A stretch of 39,891 nt of DNA, taken from assembly GCA_036276675.1 (NCBI GenBank), contig DASUOK010000096.1:1-39891 (forward strand), given 5' to 3'. The stretch comes from Gaiellaceae bacterium (GTDB taxonomy: Bacteria > Actinomycetota > Thermoleophilia > Gaiellales > Gaiellaceae). The stretch's first letter is position 1. Each line of letters opens with the position of its first letter. Under the pieces are notes generated by a model. That model ran no database searches and was not told the origin of the DNA. It was given only the letters and a program-made list of their open reading frames with translations. Shown piece by piece: positions 15,226 through 23,700 of this stretch. The position numbers were made by a program, and so were the translations under genes.

Positions 15226-16239
15226 ATGCGGATGCGGGTCTGGATCGACATCACGAACTCGCCGCACGTGCCCTTCTTCCGGCCGCTGCTCGGGCTGCTC
15301 GAGTCGCGGAGGCATGAAGTGACCGTGACCACGCGCGACTACGCGCAGACCCTGCAGCTGCTCGGGCTGCACGGCATCCCCCATGAGGTCGTCGGCCCGG
15401 GGCACGGCGGGGCGGGCCGGCTCGGGAAGGCCCGTGCGCTCGCCGGCCGTCTCGTCGCGCTGCGCCGCTTCGCGCGCGGCCGCGGCTTCGACGTCGCGCT
15501 CGCCCACGGCTCGCACGAGCTCGCATTGACGGCGCGCAGCCTCGGCGTCCCGAGCACGACCGCGTTCGACTACGAGTACGCCTGGCTCCAGCACCAGCTC
15601 GGCTGCCGGGCGGCGACGAAGGTCGTGGTGCCGGAGGCGATCCCGCCGGAGCGCCTCGCCCGCCTCGGCGCGAGACCGCCGAAGCTGCTCCGCTATCCGG
15701 GCCTGAAGGAGGAGTACTACCTGTCCGACTTCGTGCCGGGCCCGGAGCCGCTCCCCGGGCTCGACCCCGAGCGGGTGCTCGCCGTCGTGCGCACGCCGCC
15801 CGAGGTCTCGCTCTACCACCGCCACGGCAACCCGCTCTTCACCCGCGTGCTCGAGCGGCTCGGGCGAGACGAGGCCGTGCAGGCGGTCGTGCTCACACGG
15901 ACGCAGGAGCAGCGGGCGGCGCTCGCCGCGCTCGCGCTGCCGTCACTCGTCCTGCCGGAGCGTGCGATCGACGCGCAGAGCCTGATTGCGCGCGCCGACC
16001 TCGTCATCTCGGCCGGCGGCACGATGAACCGCGAGGCGGTGGCGCTCGGCGTGCCCGTCTACACGACCTTCGGCGGCCGCCTCGGCGGCGTCGACGAGTG
16101 GCTGATCCGCGAGGGCCGCCTGCTGCCGCTCGCCGATCCCGCCGAGCTCGAGCTGCGCAAGCGCGAGCGGGGCCCCGGCGAGCGCACCCGCCGGGACCCC
16201 GAGGTCCTGCTCGAGCTGCTGCTCTCAGCCGCCGACTAG
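15226..16239 (+). CDS. DUF354 family protein (glycosyltransferase/epimerase-like fold)
   Basis: The N-terminus (M)RVWIDITNSPHVPFFRPLL...HEVTVTTRDYAQTLQLL matches the characteristic DUF354 opening, and the C-terminal part contains ISAGGTMNREAVALGVP. ATG 15232 may be the true start. Confidence 0.7.
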   Translation: MRMRVWIDITNSPHVPFFRPLLGLLESRRHEVTVTTRDYAQTLQLLGLHGIPHEVVGPGHGGAGRLGKARALAGRLVALRRFARGRGFDVALAHGSHELALTARSLGVPSTTAFDYEYAWLQHQLGCRAATKVVVPEAIPPERLARLGARPPKLLRYPGLKEEYYLSDFVPGPEPLPGLDPERVLAVVRTPPEVSLYHRHGNPLFTRVLERLGRDEAVQAVVLTRTQEQRAALAALALPSLVLPERAIDAQSLIARADLVISAGGTMNREAVALGVPVYTTFGGRLGGVDEWLIREGRLLPLADPAELELRKRERGPGERTRRDPEVLLELLLSAAD

Positions 16240-17669
16240 AGCAGCCCCCGCTCCCACGGGCCCCAGATCGCGAACGTGACTCCGGTCGCCTGGAGGTTCA
16301 CGAACAGCGTCTGCGTGTCGGGGCTGAACGTCGAGCCGGCGAACTCGTCGCCGGTGGCGCCGGGATACGCGTTCAGGGCGAAGTCGAAGAGCAGCCCGTC
16401 CTGCGTCAGACCGCGCAGGTAGTTCGCGCCCGAGCTGTCCTCGCAGAGCAGCACGCTCTTCCGCCGCGGCGTCATCGTGATGTTGTCCGGCATGTCGAGG
16501 ACGGCCTGGGACGGGCTCTCGAAGAGCAGCGTCAGGGTCTCGGAGCGGATGTCGTAGACCCACACCTGGCCCCAGCCCTGGCCGTATCCACCCTTCGGAG
16601 AGAAGGGAGGGCCGCCGCCCTGGGTCGAGACGAAGAAGATCCGTCGGTTGAAGTAGTCGATCCCCTCCAGCCGGCTGAACCCCGCCGCGCCCTTGGCCTC
16701 GCCCTCGAGGTAGACGAGCCGCGCTGCCGGATCGTTCTCGATGCCCTGGGGGAAGGTCGGGTCCGGATCCTCGATGTCGACCCACTCGACCGGCAGCGGG
16801 ACGCCGACCTGCTGGTTCTGCGTCGTGTCGTAGTTCGGCTGCCCCTTCACCTTCAGGATCTGGAGCCGGCCGCCGTCGGCGACACGCTTGTCCCTGAACG
16901 GGTTGTTCGGCGGCAGGTAGCGCCAGAACCCGGAGGCGTACGCGAAGTCGTCCTCGGTCTGGTAGATCACACCCGAGGCCGGATCGACGGCGATCGCCTC
17001 GTGCGCGAAGCGGCCGGCGCTGCGGATCGGCTCGCCTTCGACGAGCTCACCCGCCCCCCGGCTCGCCGGCACCTCGAAGAGATAGCCATGCTTGGCCTCG
17101 AGGTCGATGGTCGTCCCGATGAAGGTGCGATTCGCATCCGGGCCGTTCGTGGTCTCCTCGCAGGTGATCCACGACTCCCACGGAGTCGCGCCGCCGGCGC
17201 AGTTGGCATTCGTGCCGTTCAGGCTCACCCAGCTGCCGGAGAGGGTCCGGTCCTTCGCGACTTCGAGCGTCGTCGTGCCGCCGCCGGACCGCGTGTCGTA
17301 CGCCTTGTCCGCCGGGCCGAAGGCCGGGTTCTGGAACAGGACCTCGTGGTTCCGCACGAGCCTCGTCGTGCCGCGATAGTGGAACGCGGCCATTCCGTCC
17401 GAGCGCGCCGGAGTCGCAAAACCGTCGCTCATCTCGTCGCCGATCCTGCTGAGCACGCGGTACTGGAAGCCCTCGGGCAGGTGCAGGAGGACTTCCTCGG
17501 TGTCGATCTCGCCGATCGGCACGAGCGGGCCGTAGCCGCCGTTCTGCGCCGCGAACTTGCCGCCGTTCGCCGCGCGAGCAGTCAGCCCCGCGAAGGGCCC
17601 AACCGCGGTTCCGAGCGCAGCAGCGGACACCACGCCGCGCTTGAGAAAGCTCTTTCGATCCAACGCCAT
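16236..17669 (-). CDS. PhoX/DUF839 family secreted phosphatase-like beta-propeller protein with a Tat-type signal
   Basis: MALDRKSFLKRGVVSAAALG is a twin-arginine-like signal with an RK variant. Also GATPWESWITCEE, FAHEAIAVDP and GFSRLEGI. ATG 17669 has the strong SD AAGGGGAG 4 nt upstream, so the track start at 17687 is rejected. Confidence 0.8.
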   Translation of the reverse strand: MALDRKSFLKRGVVSAAALGTAVGPFAGLTARAANGGKFAAQNGGYGPLVPIGEIDTEEVLLHLPEGFQYRVLSRIGDEMSDGFATPARSDGMAAFHYRGTTRLVRNHEVLFQNPAFGPADKAYDTRSGGGTTTLEVAKDRTLSGSWVSLNGTNANCAGGATPWESWITCEETTNGPDANRTFIGTTIDLEAKHGYLFEVPASRGAGELVEGEPIRSAGRFAHEAIAVDPASGVIYQTEDDFAYASGFWRYLPPNNPFRDKRVADGGRLQILKVKGQPNYDTTQNQQVGVPLPVEWVDIEDPDPTFPQGIENDPAARLVYLEGEAKGAAGFSRLEGIDYFNRRIFFVSTQGGGPPFSPKGGYGQGWGQVWVYDIRSETLTLLFESPSQAVLDMPDNITMTPRRKSVLLCEDSSGANYLRGLTQDGLLFDFALNAYPGATGDEFAGSTFSPDTQTLFVNLQATGVTFAIWGPWERGLL

Positions 17670-17685
17670 GCGTCTCCCCTTCCCC

Positions 17686-18123
17686 ATGGGTTCAGAGGCG
17701 GTGCCTCTCGAGGTTCCTATACTGACGGGTATCGCCGAAACGGGTCAACAGAACGGTCTGCACGCCGCCGTCGAGTCCTTCGTGCAGCGCGTCCGGGGAC
17801 TGACCGACGAGGAGCGGCGCACGGTGGCCGAACGCCGCAGCGGGATCGACGAGGCCCTGCGCGAGAAGGCGCTGCGTGCCGGCGCGGAGGCGATCGCGCG
17901 CCATCCTGACCTCTATGCGCACGCTCGTGCGCGGGTCGCCGGGGCGCATCTCCCGGCGGCGCTCGAGGACGGCAGCACGGACGCCGAGTGGGTGCGGGTC
18001 TCGCGGCTCGTGCAGCTCGCGATCGACGAGGGGCTCGTCGCGGTCGTCGGCAGCGGCACTCTGCACCCGAACCACCTGCGCGAGCTGATCGCGCCCTGGC
18101 CCGCCGAGCTAGCGCGGCGGTAG
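17686..18123 (+). CDS. Hypothetical protein (start uncertain)
   Basis: High GC3 from about 17760 to the stop, with lower GC3 and no SD near ATG 17686. Alternative in-frame starts are GTG 17701 or GTG 17782. No recognisable motif. Confidence 0.4.
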   Translation: MGSEAVPLEVPILTGIAETGQQNGLHAAVESFVQRVRGLTDEERRTVAERRSGIDEALREKALRAGAEAIARHPDLYAHARARVAGAHLPAALEDGSTDAEWVRVSRLVQLAIDEGLVAVVGSGTLHPNHLRELIAPWPAELARR

Positions 18124-20007
18124 CCGCGTGTGCGTCGACTCGGCAGGCTCGTCGACGAGCAGCCGCTTCGGCTCGCGCGTGATCTCGGCCAGGCGGCCGA
18201 CGAGCTCGAGCGTGTCGCCCTCCTCCACGAGCACCTCCAGCTCGTCGAGCTTCGCGTCGAGCCAGGCGCGATCGACCGGCGAGACGTCGAGCGCCACGAT
18301 CGAGGGATGCGTCGTCGGCTCCCACCGCTCACCGGCGGCGAAGAGCTCCTCGTGCGTCTTCTCGCCGGGGCGCGCGCCGATGAACGTGATCGCGACGTCG
18401 ACCTCCGGCTCCTTCCCGGAGAGCCGGATCATGTTCCGCGCGAGATCGAGGATGCGGATCGGCTCGCCCATCTCGAGCACGTAGATTTGCCCCCGGCCGC
18501 CGATCGCCCCGGCCTGCACCACGAGGGCGACCGCCTCCGGGATGGTCATGAAGAAACGGGTCATCTCCGGATCGGTCACGGTGACGGGGCCGCCGCGCTC
18601 GATCTGGCGGCGGAACAGCGGGATCACGCTGCCCGCCGAGTTGAGGACGTTGCCGAAGCGGACGGCGACGAACTTCGTGGCCACTTCGTCGCGCTCCCCG
18701 TGCGAGCCGACGATCCACTCGCAGAGCGTCTTCGTCTGTCCGTAGACGCTGTACGGGTTCAGCGCCTTGTCGGTGGAGATGAGGACGAAGCGCTCGACGC
18801 CGTGGGCGATCGCGGCGTCGGCGACGTTCCTCGTCCCGAGGACGTTGTTCGCCACCGACACGAGCGGATTCGCCTCCATCAGCGGCACGTGCTTGTACGC
18901 GGCCGCGTGGAAGACGACGTCGGGGCGGTAGCGGTCGAAGACGTCGTGCAGACGCCTGCGGTTGCGGACGTCGGCCAGCACCGGCACGCCCGCCACGAAG
19001 TCCCGCTCGTCGACGAGCTCGCGCTCGATGTCGAAGAGAGCGCTCTCGCCCTGCTCGACCATCACGATGCGCGCAGGCTCGGCTCGCGCGATCTGGCGGC
19101 ACAGCTCCGAGCCGATCGAGCCGCCGGCGCCGGTGACGAGCACGGTCTTGCCCTCGAGATACGACGAGATCGCGGCGACGTCCGTCTCCACGGGCTCGCG
19201 CCCGAGCAGGTCCTCGACCTGGACGGGCCGGATCTGCCGCGTGAGCGCCTCGTCGCCGGCGATCAGCTCGTGGAGGCCCGGGAGCGTCTTCACCGGCACG
19301 CCCGCGTCGCTCGCGACCTCGACGATCCGCCGCCGCAGCTCGCCCGAGGCGGACGGGATCGCGATCAGCAGCTCGTCGGGCCGGCGGTCGTGCAGGATCC
19401 GCTGCAGCTCATCGCTCGTGCCGAGCACGCGGATCCCGTGCAGGCGCATGTTCTTCTTGCGCGGGTCGTCGTCGACCAGCCCGATGGGCGTGTAGCCGAT
19501 CGCCGGGCTGCGCAGCATCTCCTTGACCATCAGCTGCGCGGCGTCGCCGGCGCCGACGACGATCACCTCCTTGCCCCGCGCGACGAGCGACGAGGTCTGG
19601 GGGCGCTCGATGATCGTGCGCGCCAGCATCCGCGAGGCGGCGACGAACGCGAGGCAGAGCAGCCAGTCGAGGACCCAGACCGTCCGCGGCACGGACGCGA
19701 CGTGCACGTCGAAGAAGGCGAACACGAGGAAGGCGACGAGCGACGCGGCCGTCACGCCGCGGGCGGCACCCCACATGTCGCGGGTCGAGACGTACCTCCA
19801 CCAGCGGTTGTAGAAGCCGAAGAGCGCGAACACGGACAGCTTGATCGCGATCAGCAGCCCGACGATCTCGGCGTCCAGGTAGCGGTCGTAGTAGACCGGG
19901 ATCGAGGGGTCGAAGCGCAGCTGGAAGGCGAGGAACCACGCGGCCGCGACGATCGCCGCGTCGGCCACCAGCTGCGGCAGCCGGTGTCGGTTGATCGGGA
20001 ACCTCAC
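18109..20007 (-). CDS. Membrane-bound UDP-sugar 4,6-dehydratase (CapD/PglF/WbpM family)
   Basis: This is the C-terminal 632 aa of track ORF 18109..21513. It has four N-terminal TM helices, two Rossmann motifs (VIVVGAGDAA, VLVTGAGGSIGSEL) and the catalytic YGQTKTLCE. GTG 20007 lies 5 nt after the upstream stop. Confidence 0.9.
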   Translation of the reverse strand: MRFPINRHRLPQLVADAAIVAAAWFLAFQLRFDPSIPVYYDRYLDAEIVGLLIAIKLSVFALFGFYNRWWRYVSTRDMWGAARGVTAASLVAFLVFAFFDVHVASVPRTVWVLDWLLCLAFVAASRMLARTIIERPQTSSLVARGKEVIVVGAGDAAQLMVKEMLRSPAIGYTPIGLVDDDPRKKNMRLHGIRVLGTSDELQRILHDRRPDELLIAIPSASGELRRRIVEVASDAGVPVKTLPGLHELIAGDEALTRQIRPVQVEDLLGREPVETDVAAISSYLEGKTVLVTGAGGSIGSELCRQIARAEPARIVMVEQGESALFDIERELVDERDFVAGVPVLADVRNRRRLHDVFDRYRPDVVFHAAAYKHVPLMEANPLVSVANNVLGTRNVADAAIAHGVERFVLISTDKALNPYSVYGQTKTLCEWIVGSHGERDEVATKFVAVRFGNVLNSAGSVIPLFRRQIERGGPVTVTDPEMTRFFMTIPEAVALVVQAGAIGGRGQIYVLEMGEPIRILDLARNMIRLSGKEPEVDVAITFIGARPGEKTHEELFAAGERWEPTTHPSIVALDVSPVDRAWLDAKLDELEVLVEEGDTLELVGRLAEITREPKRLLVDEPAESTHTRLPPR

Positions 20008-20012
20008 GTGGC

Positions 20013-21098
20013 CTACCGAGCCGAGGCGACGCCGACGGCGTCGAGCACCGTCTCGACGACCTGTTCCTGCTGCTCCGGCGCGATCCCCGCCCACAGCGGC
20101 AGCGCGAGGTTCTCGGCGGCCGCGCGCTCCGTCTCGGGCAGCGAGCCCGGCTCGTAGCCGAGGTAGCGGAGCGCGGGCTGGAGGTGGAGCGGGGTCACGT
20201 AGTACGAGGCGGAGGCGATCTCGCGCTCCCTCAGCGCGGCGGCGATGCGCTCCCGCCCGGCGGTACGCACGACGTAGAGGTGGTAGACGTGGCCGGGCTC
20301 GTCCGGCGGCAGCTCCACCGCGTCGCCGAGGCCGAGCTCCCCGTACTGCGCCGCCGCCGCCCGCCGGGCGGCGTTCCAGCCGGCGAGGTGCGGCAGCGAG
20401 ACGCGCAGGAACGCGGCCTGCAGGGCATCCAGCCGCGAGTTCGTCCCCACGAGCTCGAAGGTCGTCTTCTCGCGCGAGCCGTGGAAGCGCAGCATGCGCA
20501 GCCGGTCGGCGACCGCGTCGTCGAGACAGCTGACGAGCCCGCCGTCGCCGAGCGCGAACAGGTTCTTGGTGGGGAAGAAGCTGTACGTGGAGCAGCTGCC
20601 GGTCGTGCCGGTGCCGGGCGCGCCGAACGCCTGGGCCGCGTCCTCGATCAGCGGCAGCCCGAAGGCGGCGAGCTCGGCGAGGGGTGCCGGGCGCCCGAAC
20701 AGGTGCACCGGCACCATCGCCTTCGTCCTCGCCGTCAACCGCCGCTCGACGTCGTCGGGGTCGAGGTTGAGGGACACGGGATCGATGTCGGCGAAGACGG
20801 GGGTCGCGCCGGCGCGGGCGATCGCCTCTGCCGTCGCGTAGAACGTGAACGCCGGGCAGACGACCTCGTCGCCGCGGCCGATGCCCATCGCCTCGAGCGC
20901 GAGCACGAGCGCGTCGGTGCCGTTCGCGACGCCGATCGCGTGCGGGACGCCGAGGTACTCGGCCGCCTCGGCCTCGAAGCCGGACACCTCCGGCCCGAAG
21001 ATGAAGCGGCCCGAGGCCAGGACGCGCTCGAACGCCTCGCGGTACTCGGGCACGAGCGGCGCGTACTGCGCCTTCACGTCGACGAGATCGATTCGCAC
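20013..21098 (-). CDS. DegT/DnrJ/EryC1/StrS family PLP-dependent sugar aminotransferase
   Basis: Motifs GPEVSGFEAEAAEYLG, VANGTDAL and FFPTKNL (PLP lysine). GTG start. Confidence 0.9.
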   Translation of the reverse strand: MRIDLVDVKAQYAPLVPEYREAFERVLASGRFIFGPEVSGFEAEAAEYLGVPHAIGVANGTDALVLALEAMGIGRGDEVVCPAFTFYATAEAIARAGATPVFADIDPVSLNLDPDDVERRLTARTKAMVPVHLFGRPAPLAELAAFGLPLIEDAAQAFGAPGTGTTGSCSTYSFFPTKNLFALGDGGLVSCLDDAVADRLRMLRFHGSREKTTFELVGTNSRLDALQAAFLRVSLPHLAGWNAARRAAAAQYGELGLGDAVELPPDEPGHVYHLYVVRTAGRERIAAALREREIASASYYVTPLHLQPALRYLGYEPGSLPETERAAAENLALPLWAGIAPEQQEQVVETVLDAVGVASAR

Positions 21099-21110
21099 GC
21101 GGACGCCAGT

Positions 21111-21791
21111 CTAGCTGGGGTCGAGGCGGGCCCTGCGCCGCCCCAGGAGCTTCCACGCGCCCCAGGCGGCCGCGGCGACGAGTCCGGCGATGATCGCGTA
21201 GTCGACGTAGTGGAAGGCGTGGTGGAACTCCTCCCACCTCGAGCCGAACCACCAGCCGACGGCGGCGAGGGCGAAGCACCAGATCGCCGAGCCGATCAGC
21301 GTCAGGACGGTGTAGCGCCAGAACGGGGTGCGGAAGACACCGGCGGGGATCGAGATGAAGGAGCGGACGACCGGCGTCACCCGCCCGAAGAAGACCGCCT
21401 GGTCCTCCCAGCGCTCGAACCAGCGCTCGGCCTTGGCGAGCTTCTCCTCGTTCAGGTGCAGCCAGCGCCCGTGGTGCTCGAGGAAGGGCCGGCCACCGCG
21501 GGCGCCGATCCACCAGCCGAACATCGAGCCGATCGTGTAGCCGATCGTCCCGGCGCTTGCCATCGCGAGGTACGCGGGCAGGCCTTCCTCGAAGGTGTGG
21601 CCGAAGAGGACCGTGTCCTGGCCCGCGAACGCGCCCGCAGCGACCGCGCCCGAGTAGACCATCACGGGCTCGCTGGCGGCCGGGAAGACGGCGTCGAGGA
21701 GCATCAGCCCGAAGACGGCGTACAGCCCGTGATCGCCGATCAGGGTCGTGAGGAGATCGGTGATCTCCGACAGGATCGACGCGACGGGCAA
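21111..21791 (-). CDS. DedA (SNARE-associated) family membrane protein
   Basis: Motifs FGRVTPVVRSFISIPAGV and WRYTVLTLIGSAIW, with multiple TM helices. Only a TTG start is available, at 21791. Confidence 0.8.
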   Translation of the reverse strand: MPVASILSEITDLLTTLIGDHGLYAVFGLMLLDAVFPAASEPVMVYSGAVAAGAFAGQDTVLFGHTFEEGLPAYLAMASAGTIGYTIGSMFGWWIGARGGRPFLEHHGRWLHLNEEKLAKAERWFERWEDQAVFFGRVTPVVRSFISIPAGVFRTPFWRYTVLTLIGSAIWCFALAAVGWWFGSRWEEFHHAFHYVDYAIIAGLVAAAAWGAWKLLGRRRARLDPS

Positions 21792-21802
21792 CCCGCGGGA
21801 CT

Positions 21803-23614
21803 CTAGCTGCGCCGGTTCGCCGGCTTCTTCGGCTGCTTCTTCGGCACCGGCTTGGCGCGGATCAGCCGGAACGGCCTGCTCGCCACCTCGGTGACGCCGA
21901 GCGCGCTCGCGGCCCGGAAGCGGAGCACGTAGGTGCCGCCGTAGGCGAAGAGGCGGCCGCCCCTCGTCGTCCCGTTCCAGCGCACGAGGTAGCGGCCCGC
22001 CTTCCGGACGCGCTGGGTGGCGATCGTGGCGACCCGGACGCCGGAGCGGGTCTCGACGGTGACCCTCAGGCGTGCTGGCCGCGTCACGTTGACCCCGGCC
22101 TGCATGAACTGCTTGCCGCGAACCCGCGCGACGATGCGGTTGCGCGAGAGCGCGACGTGGCCGAGCGTGTTGTCGACCCGGAAGCGCTCCCGGATCGTCG
22201 AGGTGCGGCCCAGGTCGTCGGTCGCGGACACGTCGAGCTGCCAGCGGCCCTCCGCAGGGGCGGGGACCTCCGCGTTCGGATCGGCGGGCGCGGGCGGGAA
22301 CGCGACCGGATACGTGCCCGGCTCGCGCGCGATCGTCTCCGTGAAGGCGACGCCACCGCCCGGCGCCGTCAGCGTCGCCGTGACGTTCGACGGGCGGACG
22401 ACCTTGTACGAGAGCTCCTGCGTCTCGTCGACGCCGTCGCCGTTCGGCGAGACCACGGCTTTCGGGGTGGGCGTGTGGACGCCGTAGTACATGAGCTGGA
22501 GGGACGTCGCGACGGCGCGTTCACCGGCCGGGTCGGAGGGGCGGTTCAGCACGGTGCCGTCGAAGGCCAGCGTGGTGGAGCCGCCGGCGTCGAGGGCGGA
22601 CGCGGTCACGGCGCCCAGCCGCACCATCGTCTGGGCGAGCTCGAAGTTCGTCATCCCGACGCTGTAGCCGGGGCGACGGCCGTCGGTGGCGACGAGCAGC
22701 ACGCGGCCGTTCGGGAGCTGACCGACGGCGGTGCGCGGGTTGCGCGGCAGGAGCTGGTTCGGCTCGAAGGCCTCGAGCGAACGGAAGACCGGGGCCCCGC
22801 CGCGGACGATCACCGGGCCGCCGCCGATCGCCTGCGAGACCTCCCGCCACTCCGGCCGGAGGATGAGCCGCAGCGCGACGCTGATCCCGATCGGCGCCTC
22901 CTCCGCGAGCTTCTGACCCGCCGTGCCGCGGGCGACGAGCACGGCGCCGCCGGCCGGGATCGGCGTGCCGCCGCCGGTCGTCAGGTGCACGACCGGGCCG
23001 ACGAGATCGGTGTTGGGCGCTGCGGGCGGGAACGGGGCGATCACGGCCTCGACCGCGCCGGCCTGGGCTGGTGTCGTCGCCCCGTAGCTCGGCGTGAACA
23101 GGGAGATCCCGTTCGGCCCCGGCAGCTGGTTCACGTCGTTCAGCGAGCGGCGCTGGCCCAGCCCCTTCCACGTGCCGAAGAACTCGACCCGGCGGACGTC
23201 CAGCGTCCCCTGCGGCGTGATCCCCAGGCTGGAGCGATCGCCGTACGGAGGACTGTCGACGACGCCGTCGCGCAGCAGGACGCCACTGGGCCGCCCGCTG
23301 GAGAAGTTGTAGAAGTCGCCGTTGACGCCCACCATCGTCGCCTGTGCGGACAGCCGCTTCTGCATCGCCGTGACCCGCTCGAGCCCCTGGATGCGCTCGT
23401 TCGAGAGCACCGGCCGCAGCTCGTAGAGCCCCGTCGGCCGCGGCCCCGTGACGACGTGCAGCGCCACCGGCCCGTGCGGGGTGAACTGGACGGCACGCAT
23501 GTAGCTGACGCCCGGCATGAGCGCCTTCGTCGACGCGGCCGCAGCCGGCGAGGCGAGCGCCAGCGTGGCGACTCCACAGATGAGCAGCTTGCGCAGCACG
23601 ACCCCGGCCGACAC
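21803..23614 (-). CDS. Phosphodiester glycosidase (NAGPA/DUF2233) family protein with C-terminal Ig-like repeats
   Basis: Motifs GVNGDFYN and ATDGRRPGYSVGMTNFELAQTMVRLGAVTASALDAGGSTT. The C-terminal repeats resemble FlgD-Ig. The signal or anchor is LLICGVATLALASPAAAAS. The start is set at GTG 23614 (GGAG 9 nt upstream); GTG 23599 is also possible. Confidence 0.75.
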   Translation of the reverse strand: MSAGVVLRKLLICGVATLALASPAAAASTKALMPGVSYMRAVQFTPHGPVALHVVTGPRPTGLYELRPVLSNERIQGLERVTAMQKRLSAQATMVGVNGDFYNFSSGRPSGVLLRDGVVDSPPYGDRSSLGITPQGTLDVRRVEFFGTWKGLGQRRSLNDVNQLPGPNGISLFTPSYGATTPAQAGAVEAVIAPFPPAAPNTDLVGPVVHLTTGGGTPIPAGGAVLVARGTAGQKLAEEAPIGISVALRLILRPEWREVSQAIGGGPVIVRGGAPVFRSLEAFEPNQLLPRNPRTAVGQLPNGRVLLVATDGRRPGYSVGMTNFELAQTMVRLGAVTASALDAGGSTTLAFDGTVLNRPSDPAGERAVATSLQLMYYGVHTPTPKAVVSPNGDGVDETQELSYKVVRPSNVTATLTAPGGGVAFTETIAREPGTYPVAFPPAPADPNAEVPAPAEGRWQLDVSATDDLGRTSTIRERFRVDNTLGHVALSRNRIVARVRGKQFMQAGVNVTRPARLRVTVETRSGVRVATIATQRVRKAGRYLVRWNGTTRGGRLFAYGGTYVLRFRAASALGVTEVASRPFRLIRAKPVPKKQPKKPANRRS

Positions 23615-23688
23615 TACCGAAAGCTCCGGTGGCCCTTTGCAGGGTTTACGAATCCCGTACACGGCTGCCGCAGGGGGGTCGCGACCGC

Positions 23689-23694
23689 TAGGTT
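23689..23694 (+). promoter_or_regulatory. -10-like TAGGTT, 6 nt upstream of GTG 23701 (leaderless-type)
   Basis: Read directly from the sequence. It follows the same TANNNT-N6-start geometry seen at other operon heads in this window. Confidence 0.3.
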
Positions 23695-23700
23695 CCACCC

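Noticed and set aside
17686-17730. TATACT (17717-17722) as a leaderless promoter for the 17686 ORF
   Set aside because: No in-frame ATG, GTG or TTG lies 6-8 nt downstream, so it does not fit the leaderless geometry seen elsewhere. The start of this ORF remains unresolved.
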